A DNA stretch of 64,000 bases. Source: Patescibacteria group bacterium. GTDB taxonomy: Bacteria; Patescibacteriota; Dojkabacteria; GCA-002793355. This document shows positions 57,460 to 64,000 of the stretch, in pieces (position 1 is the first letter of the stretch; each line of letters starts with the position of its first letter). The DNA lies in assembly GCA_016860985.1 (NCBI GenBank), contig BOKM01000001.1:463462-527461 (forward strand), given 5' to 3'. The notes under the pieces are model-generated. The model had not been told where the DNA came from and did not search any database. It saw only the letters and a program-made list of their open reading frames with translations. The translations under genes and the position numbers were made by a program.

Positions 57460-58665
57460 ATGAATAACCGACGCGAAGATTTTCCCTTACTAAAACGGCA
57501 CCTTAATGGTTTTCCACTTATTTACTTTGATAATGCTGCGACCTCACTAAAACCAAAACAAGTGATTTCTGCGATAAGCTCCCATTACGAAACACTTGGC
57601 GGAAATCCAGGCAGAGGAACACACGAGCTGGCATTTGAAACTTCGAAAAAAATAGCGCAAACCAGGCAACTCATTCTCCGCTTCCTAAATGCAGATGACT
57701 CTTATACGGTACTTTTTACAAAAAACGCGACAGAAGGGTTTAACCTTGTCGCACAATCTATAGGCAAAGATCCTGCGATTAATGCTGTAATCACGACCGA
57801 ACTTGAGCACCATTCTAACCTCGTTCCTTGGCTGCAATATGTAAAAGACAAAAAGATAGTTGTGGTTCCCATAAGTTCCGATGGACTCCTGAAAGAAGAA
57901 ATTATTGAACAAACACTTAAAAATGAAAAAGGTAGCGACCTGCTTGCAATAACACTCGCCTCCAACGTAACTGGTCAAACGATCTCATTCGACAAAATCC
58001 TTCCCATGGCACGTGCAAAAAACGATGTCGTCCTTGTTGACGCAACACAGGCTATTGGGCATAAGAAAATTAGCTTAAACGATACCCCTTTCGATTTTCT
58101 TGTTGCTTCAGGTCATAAAATGTTTGGACCAGAGGGGATTGGTTTTGTGGTTCTAAAAAAACTGCATCTCCCCCGTATGATTCCGCTTTTATATGGTGGA
58201 GGAGCAATTAAAACAGTGTCTACTCAAAGCTTTAAACTCCTCGAGGACTTAGAGAAATTTGAAGCAGGGACTCCCCACTCAGCGGGTATAAGCGGACTTC
58301 ATGCTGCCATTACCTACATTCAAGAGATTGGGATAGACGCTATATATGCCTACGAATCTGAACTAAAAGAATACCTTATCCAAAAGCTTACAAAGCTTCC
58401 GAGTTGTCGCGTTTTAGGAGAAAACGTACCACATGGAAGCCCAATATGTAGCTTTGTTCACGAAACACTCCACCCACACGATATTGCAGAATATCTGAAT
58501 GAACACGGCGTTGCTGTAAGGGCAGGGCTACACTGTGCAGAACCATTACATAAAGCACTCAAGGTGCAGGGAAGTACCAGATTAAGTCTTTCTATCGCAA
58601 ATACAAAAGAAGAAATTGATTATGTTATTTCATTGTTAACAGCATGCTTTCAGAAATACGCATAA
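57460..58665 (+). CDS. cysteine desulfurase (class V aminotransferase, SufS/NifS-like)
   Basis: IYFDNAATS, PLP-lysine region SGHKMFGP and a C-terminal RAGLHCA active-site Cys loop. Confidence 0.85.
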   Translation: MNNRREDFPLLKRHLNGFPLIYFDNAATSLKPKQVISAISSHYETLGGNPGRGTHELAFETSKKIAQTRQLILRFLNADDSYTVLFTKNATEGFNLVAQSIGKDPAINAVITTELEHHSNLVPWLQYVKDKKIVVVPISSDGLLKEEIIEQTLKNEKGSDLLAITLASNVTGQTISFDKILPMARAKNDVVLVDATQAIGHKKISLNDTPFDFLVASGHKMFGPEGIGFVVLKKLHLPRMIPLLYGGGAIKTVSTQSFKLLEDLEKFEAGTPHSAGISGLHAAITYIQEIGIDAIYAYESELKEYLIQKLTKLPSCRVLGENVPHGSPICSFVHETLHPHDIAEYLNEHGVAVRAGLHCAEPLHKALKVQGSTRLSLSIANTKEEIDYVISLLTACFQKYA

Positions 58666-59267
58666 AACCACGCCTCCCGAGGATGATAACAAAATCAATT
58701 AAAGAGGTAATTGGTTTAATCGTCCTTTTTATAATTGGTAGTATATTGCTACTCCAGCTTCCTACCCAACAGCCTGCACCTTACGAGGATACCTACAAAT
58801 ATTTAAGCAGTACAGGCCAACTATACCAAGATGTCGCGATTGCAAAGGAAAAGAACTTAGAAAAAGTGTATGTAGAAGAAATTACAGACGGAGACACTAT
58901 AAAAGTTACTCGAGCAGATGGTTCCAAAGCAATAATCAGATATATCGGCATTGATACCCCAGAGATTAAACACAGAGAAGGTGAAATAAATGAGAAGTAC
59001 GGGCAAGAAGCAACTAGTGTCAATGCGTGGTTGGTATATAACAAAGAAGTATATCTGCAAAAGGATGCTGCAGAAACGGACAAATATGGAAGACTACTTC
59101 GTTATGTTTACCTTGAAGACGGCACTATGGTTAACTACGTGTTAATTCGTTTGGGCTATGCAACTATCATGACCATTCCACCGAATGTTGCTTTTCAGCA
59201 ACAATTTTATGCAGCACAGGAGCTTGCAAAAACGGAAGGGCGCAACCTTTTCGCACCAACAGAATAA
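58644..59267 (+). CDS. thermonuclease (staphylococcal nuclease-like) with an N-terminal membrane anchor; the start may be the ATG at 58683
   Basis: SNase motifs DGDTIKV, IRYIGIDTPE, YGRLLRYVY. Confidence 0.65.
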   Translation: MLSEIRIKPRLPRMITKSIKEVIGLIVLFIIGSILLLQLPTQQPAPYEDTYKYLSSTGQLYQDVAIAKEKNLEKVYVEEITDGDTIKVTRADGSKAIIRYIGIDTPEIKHREGEINEKYGQEATSVNAWLVYNKEVYLQKDAAETDKYGRLLRYVYLEDGTMVNYVLIRLGYATIMTIPPNVAFQQQFYAAQELAKTEGRNLFAPTE

Positions 59268-59306
59268 CCAGCTGAGTCGATGAAAATAGTGTTATAATGA
59301 TTCAAA

Positions 59307-59453
59307 ATGCTCGGATTTTTGAGAAAAAATGATGTATTGCTCTTCTGGACTGCGTTTGTGATACTTTCATTCATTTGTTACGGAGGGTTCACTTACATGT
59401 TTAGCAGGTATTCACCTCCAACCGAAGCGGAACTTATTTTGAAAATCAAATAA
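59307..59453 (+). CDS. possible 48 aa single-pass membrane peptide, translationally coupled (TAATG) to murJ
   Basis: An ORF missing from the ORF track because it is under 60 aa. It has a TATAAT-like box 9 nt upstream, one hydrophobic helix (VLLFWTAFVILSFICYGGF), and a stop that overlaps the murJ start. Confidence 0.3.
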   Translation: MLGFLRKNDVLLFWTAFVILSFICYGGFTYMFSRYSPPTEAELILKIK

Positions 59454-61225
59454 TGACTATCGCCTCACTTAAAGAGAAAATATCACACTTTGAATCCAAG
59501 CTGATTTCAATTTCTATTTTGATCGGGAGCTTGTCAATTATTAGTAAACTCCTTGGTTTCTTTAAAGTTCACCTTATTGCCCGACTTTTTGGTACAAGCA
59601 AAGAGAGTGACATTTTCTATGCCGCCTTTGCTCTCCCTGATCTTGTTTTTGCATTGCTTGTTGTTGGAACAGTTAACGCAGCGCTTGTGCCGATTTTCAT
59701 CAAAATTATTAAAAAGAAAGAAGATAAAACGTTACATACAACCCTAAATACCGTTATTACACTGCTTTTTGTAACAATGTTGGTGCTTTTGGGGACGCTT
59801 TATTTTCTAATGCCCTCGATAACTTCTTGGATATTTTCCAGCAAAGAAGTATTAAAAGCTTTTGACCTAAGCTTAGATCTTCCTAGAGGGAGCAACGAGT
59901 ACTATCAAAACCTATTTGTTAACCTTTCACGATTAATGTTGGTTTCGCCCTTACTCCTTTCGGTAAGCAGTGTATTTGGGGCATATTTGCAAGCCCATAA
60001 ACGCTTTATTTCCACCGCGATAGCCCCTTTAATGTATAACATTGGAATTGTTATCGGCATTGCCTTTTTCGTGAAGTTCGCGCCACAGTATGGAGTATAT
60101 GCGTTAAGTTATTCAGTTCTTATCGGCACAATGCTGCACTTTATTACGCAGTTAATCGGAGTATTAAACCTGCACGATAACGATTTTTCCTGGTCTTTTT
60201 CAGTCAATTCCTACGTCAAAGATATTGCGAAACTTTCTCTTCCTAGAATTTTTGGCTTAGCAGTCGAGCAAACTGCTATTATGTTCAACACCTTTTGGGG
60301 TTTTACTCTTGGAACTGGGGCGCTTTCTGTGTTCAAATTTGCAAGTACCCTTTATCTAGTACCGGTAGACCTGTTGTCTGGTACCTTTTTGCAATTGGTT
60401 TTTCCACGATTAAACGAGCGAGCGCACGAAGATGACAATTACCGCTCGCTTAACAAGCTCTACTGGAGGACTCTTATATTGTTAGTGCTTATTGCACTGC
60501 CAATTATTATTCTTTTTATTGTACTTCGACTCCCTATTGTACGTCTTGTGCTTGGGGCAGGTCGTTTTACATGGACCGCAACACTCGTAACTAGTTTTAC
60601 ACTCGCGTTCTTTACACCGGCAATTCTTTTACAAGCGTTAGCTGCCCTAAACATTAGGACTTTTTATGCAATTAACAACACTAAAACACCGCTTGTCATC
60701 AGTATTGTTGGAGTAGTATTAAATATTCTTTTTAGCATTGGCTTTACAAACTTCTTCTCGCATTCAACTCAGATAAAAGCTCTTTCTTTAGGGAATCTTG
60801 TAAACCTTCAATCCATTGAACAGTTGTTAAGCTGGTTTACCACAAGAGGCGACTCGTTTGGTGCAGTTGCAGGTTTAGCTTTTGGTATTTCTGTGGGCCT
60901 GTTTGTTGAGGTTGCAGTGAGTTTTTGGCTCCTTTCTCGTAAAACAAAATTGTGGCAACACGCAAAAGCAGAACAAAAGCCAATTACTTCGATTAAGACG
61001 ATGGTATTTGCATCGATTGTGACGCTGCTTATTACCTACGGAATGTATAAGATTGCAGATATTGGCATTGACACAAGTAGAGCGCTGGGCGTCTTAACCG
61101 TCGGTGCCTTTACCAGTATTCCTTGTTTAATTGTCTATGGCTACCTTACACGCTATGTGTGGAATGATTATGTGCACATATCAAAGATAAAAGAAAAGGT
61201 TTCGAAAATTTTCAAGAGAAAATAA
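59453..61225 (+). CDS. murJ: lipid II flippase MurJ (MviN family)
   Basis: N-terminal LLGFFKVHLIARLFGTSKESDIFYAAFALPD pattern and about 14 transmembrane helices. Confidence 0.8.
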   Translation: MTIASLKEKISHFESKLISISILIGSLSIISKLLGFFKVHLIARLFGTSKESDIFYAAFALPDLVFALLVVGTVNAALVPIFIKIIKKKEDKTLHTTLNTVITLLFVTMLVLLGTLYFLMPSITSWIFSSKEVLKAFDLSLDLPRGSNEYYQNLFVNLSRLMLVSPLLLSVSSVFGAYLQAHKRFISTAIAPLMYNIGIVIGIAFFVKFAPQYGVYALSYSVLIGTMLHFITQLIGVLNLHDNDFSWSFSVNSYVKDIAKLSLPRIFGLAVEQTAIMFNTFWGFTLGTGALSVFKFASTLYLVPVDLLSGTFLQLVFPRLNERAHEDDNYRSLNKLYWRTLILLVLIALPIIILFIVLRLPIVRLVLGAGRFTWTATLVTSFTLAFFTPAILLQALAALNIRTFYAINNTKTPLVISIVGVVLNILFSIGFTNFFSHSTQIKALSLGNLVNLQSIEQLLSWFTTRGDSFGAVAGLAFGISVGLFVEVAVSFWLLSRKTKLWQHAKAEQKPITSIKTMVFASIVTLLITYGMYKIADIGIDTSRALGVLTVGAFTSIPCLIVYGYLTRYVWNDYVHISKIKEKVSKIFKRK

Positions 61226-61258
61226 ACTGATCACTGAACGGCACACTCTTTTGGTAAC

Positions 61259-62413
61259 TTAGAAACAATCCGAGTAAATCGCCCTCATCTGTTCTTCGTT
61301 CAGTGGAATTTCTCCCATTGGGTCACGATTAACGGCCTTTTCCACAAGCTTCGCAACCTCAGTAGAGGAGATTCCCCATTCAGAAAAGGTCATTTTGACA
61401 CCCAAACTCTCAAAAAATTCACTTGTCTTGTTTATGGCTTGTTGCGCTACTTCCTCGTTTGTACCTGACAATCCCCATACACGACGCCCATATTGTGCCA
61501 TTTTAGCGAGTTTTTGAGTCAACCCAATATGCTTCATCCACCGTGGCGTAATTACCGCTAAACCAGCTGCATGGGGAATATCATAAAAGCCACTAACAAC
61601 ATGCTCTAATTCGTGCGTAGCCCAGTCTTGGCCAACACCAGAGCCGATCAGATTATTAAGCGCCATTGAAGCAGCAAACGCAATATTCGCACGTGCGGAA
61701 TAGGAGGTAGGTTCTTTCAGCACTACTGGCCCCCATTCGATTAGGGTTAACATGAGCCCTTCTGCGAACCTGTCCTGCACTGTTGCATGTTCAGTTTGAT
61801 TAATATATTGCTCCAATATATGTGAAAACGTATCAATTACCCCATATGCAGATTGATCGACAGGCAGAGAATACTGAAACTCAGGATTCACAATTGAAAA
61901 GACGGGATTGACCTTTACAGTGGAAAAATAGTCTTTCTCGTTTGTTTCCCATTTTGTAATAACCGAACCGCCGTTTACCTCAGAAGCCGTTGCAGAAATC
62001 GTAAGTACTGTTGCCAAAGGAATAATTTTTGCTGCAATTTTTTCGCCTTTTGTCGCGATTACATCCCATGCGTCACCATCATAATAGGTAGCTGCAGCAA
62101 TAAGTTTAGAGCCATCTATCGTACTTCCTCCACCAACAGCAAGAATAATATCTGGCTGAAATTCTTTTGCTTGGGCGATAGCTTTTCGCAAGGTCTCAAC
62201 ACGTGGATTTGGCTCAATTCCGCCAAACTCTTGTACGTCAAAATCAGTGAGTTGCTGCATCACTTTGTCGTAGATACCATTCTTTTTAATACTTCCACCA
62301 CCGTAGGTTACAAAAACTTTTTTGCCAATCTTTGCTGTCTCGCTTGCTAATGAGTCGAGTGCGTTTTTACCAAAAATGTAATTTGTTGGATTATAAAATG
62401 AGAAATCTTCCAT
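61259..62413 (-). CDS. iron-containing alcohol dehydrogenase
   Basis: Fe-ADH family GGGS..D motifs and metal-binding His. Confidence 0.8.
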   Translation of the reverse strand: MEDFSFYNPTNYIFGKNALDSLASETAKIGKKVFVTYGGGSIKKNGIYDKVMQQLTDFDVQEFGGIEPNPRVETLRKAIAQAKEFQPDIILAVGGGSTIDGSKLIAAATYYDGDAWDVIATKGEKIAAKIIPLATVLTISATASEVNGGSVITKWETNEKDYFSTVKVNPVFSIVNPEFQYSLPVDQSAYGVIDTFSHILEQYINQTEHATVQDRFAEGLMLTLIEWGPVVLKEPTSYSARANIAFAASMALNNLIGSGVGQDWATHELEHVVSGFYDIPHAAGLAVITPRWMKHIGLTQKLAKMAQYGRRVWGLSGTNEEVAQQAINKTSEFFESLGVKMTFSEWGISSTEVAKLVEKAVNRDPMGEIPLNEEQMRAIYSDCF

Positions 62414-62434
62414 TATTCGTATGAATAAGTTTAT

Positions 62435-64000
62435 TTATGACTCATCAAAAGCATCGACTTCATCAATACTTGTAACGAGGACCTCTCGTGGTTTACTCCC
62501 ATTTGGACCACCCACGACTCCAATTTTTTCCATTAAGTCGATATAACGCGCAGCTCGATTAAAACCAATCTGCAAAAAACGCTGAATAGTTGAAGCAGAA
62601 CCTTTTTGTTGCTGAATTACGAGCTCAACCGCTCTTCTGAATAAAGGGTCGCTCTTTATCTCTGCGCCATAATCTCCGTCGCCTTGGCCACCCGCGCCGC
62701 CGCCTGCAGCATTAAAGTTCTCGATACCAGCGAGATACCATGTCTCTTGCCCTGGATCGAGTAATCTTGCTTGATCACGAATAGCTTTTGTAACCTTATT
62801 TACCTCATCTGTACCTACAAAAGCGCCTTGTAACCTTCGGATTTTTGCGTTATCAGGTGTTTTTACCAACATATCACCCTTTCCAATAAGTGTTTCTGCA
62901 CCTTGTTGGTCAATGATTACACGAGAATCAACCCCTTGTGATACAGCAAGAGAAATTCGTGCGGGAATGTTTGCCTTAATAAGTCCGGTAATAACATTTA
63001 CGCTTGGCCTTTGCGTTGCAAGAATCAAGTGAATTCCGGTCGCACGTGCAAGCTGGGCAAGTCGAACAATCTTGTTTTCTACCTCTTGCTTTTTGGTCAT
63101 CATAAGGTCAGCCATTTCATCTACCACAATAATTATGGTTGGAAGTTTATAACTCGCTTTTTCGTTGAACTCTTCTAGATTTCGCACAACATTATCCTTA
63201 AACAGCTGCAAACGCTTGGTCATTTCTGTAATTGCCCAGTCGAGAGCGTGAACAACGTTGTCCATTTCGTCGATTGCAGGGGTAAGTAAATGCGGGATTC
63301 CATTATATGGCGTCATTTCAACACGCTTTGGGTCAACAAGAATCAAGCGAAGCTCGTCTGGAGTGAACTTCATGAGTAAACCTACCAAAATGGTGTTAAT
63401 TGCTGCAGATTTACCTGTTCCTGTTGCACCCGCTACAAGCACGTGAGGCATACTATAGAGGTCGATAACTACCGATTCATTGCGAATATCGGCACCCAAC
63501 GCCAGTGGAATCTTTTTAGTTTTTCGGGACATTTCGGCAGATTGGATAATTTCGCTAGCTCGAACCATTCTGCCTTTTGTCTTTGGAACTTCAATACCAA
63601 CATACGATGTGTTTGCGATAGATTCAATACGAATATAGTCTGCGGACGCAGATTCTAAGGCAACACCAATATCTCTTGCTAAGCCCTTAACTTTCGAAAG
63701 TCTTGTTCCGGTGGCAAGATTTAACGCGTACTGAACAACCGAAGGACCAGGAAAGACTTTAACAACCCTTGCCTGTATATTGAAACTCGCAAGTGTTTGC
63801 TCGATTTTTTTACTCTTTTCAATCAAATCCGCCTTATCATCAGTACCCGCAACTGGTGGTTCTAAAAGGGAGAGTGGAGGGAGAGCCCAGTTTTCAAAAC
63901 GAGTTGGATACTTCGAGCGAAATTCTTGTTCCAAGTCAGATACCTGAACATTTCCTTCTTCGCCACTTTCAGGGTTACCTTGTAAATCTTTACCATAAGA
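62435..64000 (-). CDS. ftsK: DNA translocase FtsK/SpoIIIE, motor and gamma domains; the 5' end lies beyond the window
   Basis: Walker A GATGTGKSA, the LPPLSLL linker/motor junction and a C-terminal winged-helix gamma domain. The reading frame stays open to the window edge, and the ORF-track M at 63934 is a TTG. Confidence 0.85.
   Translation of the reverse strand, partial: SYGKDLQGNPESGEEGNVQVSDLEQEFRSKYPTRFENWALPPLSLLEPPVAGTDDKADLIEKSKKIEQTLASFNIQARVVKVFPGPSVVQYALNLATGTRLSKVKGLARDIGVALESASADYIRIESIANTSYVGIEVPKTKGRMVRASEIIQSAEMSRKTKKIPLALGADIRNESVVIDLYSMPHVLVAGATGTGKSAAINTILVGLLMKFTPDELRLILVDPKRVEMTPYNGIPHLLTPAIDEMDNVVHALDWAITEMTKRLQLFKDNVVRNLEEFNEKASYKLPTIIIVVDEMADLMMTKKQEVENKIVRLAQLARATGIHLILATQRPSVNVITGLIKANIPARISLAVSQGVDSRVIIDQQGAETLIGKGDMLVKTPDNAKIRRLQGAFVGTDEVNKVTKAIRDQARLLDPGQETWYLAGIENFNAAGGGAGGQGDGDYGAEIKSDPLFRRAVELVIQQQKGSASTIQRFLQIGFNRAARYIDLMEKIGVVGGPNGSKPREVLVTSIDEVDAFDES

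Overview
This 64 kb window looks like part of a compact, low-GC (about 40%) bacterial chromosome, dense with housekeeping genes. Calling the host a reduced genome of the Candidate Phyla Radiation (Patescibacteria) is my inference. It rests on the archaeal-type TyrRS, an ATP-dependent DNA ligase, a UvrC without its HhH domain, PEGA, cohesin, FN3 and Cys-rich surface proteins, and many overlapping or translationally coupled genes.

Recognisable content, in order:
- a peptidoglycan block: murF (3' part), ddl, murD, murC;
- nucleotide excision repair: uvrC, uvrA, uvrB;
- aaRS genes: ileS behind a T-box leader, an archaeal-type tyrS carrying a large insertion, and an Asp/Asn-tRNA synthetase fused to a YbaK-like deacylase;
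- a tmRNA (ssrA) gene;
- ATP-dependent DNA ligase, uppS, ksgA, trmB, comF, a SufS-like cysteine desulfurase, murJ and ftsK (5' end beyond the window);
- two UbiA/DPPRS-like prenyltransferases plus a PAP2 phosphatase;
- several secreted or surface proteins with Thr/Pro-rich linkers.

The most unusual locus is 20.0-24.7 kb. It holds a YhhQ-type 7-deazaguanine precursor transporter divergently paired with a short, Zn-site-less TGT-fold (DpdA-like) transglycosylase. Downstream sit a P-loop protein, a NUDIX hydrolase and a QueC-family PP-loop ATPase, with no de novo preQ0 genes in the window. This could be a salvage-based 7-deazaguanine nucleic-acid modification module.

All calls come from reading the ORF translations for motifs and from reading the nucleotide sequence by eye. 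No database searches were run. Many ORF-track start positions are TTG or GTG codons that the track displays as M, so I adjusted several starts to the first plausible ATG.
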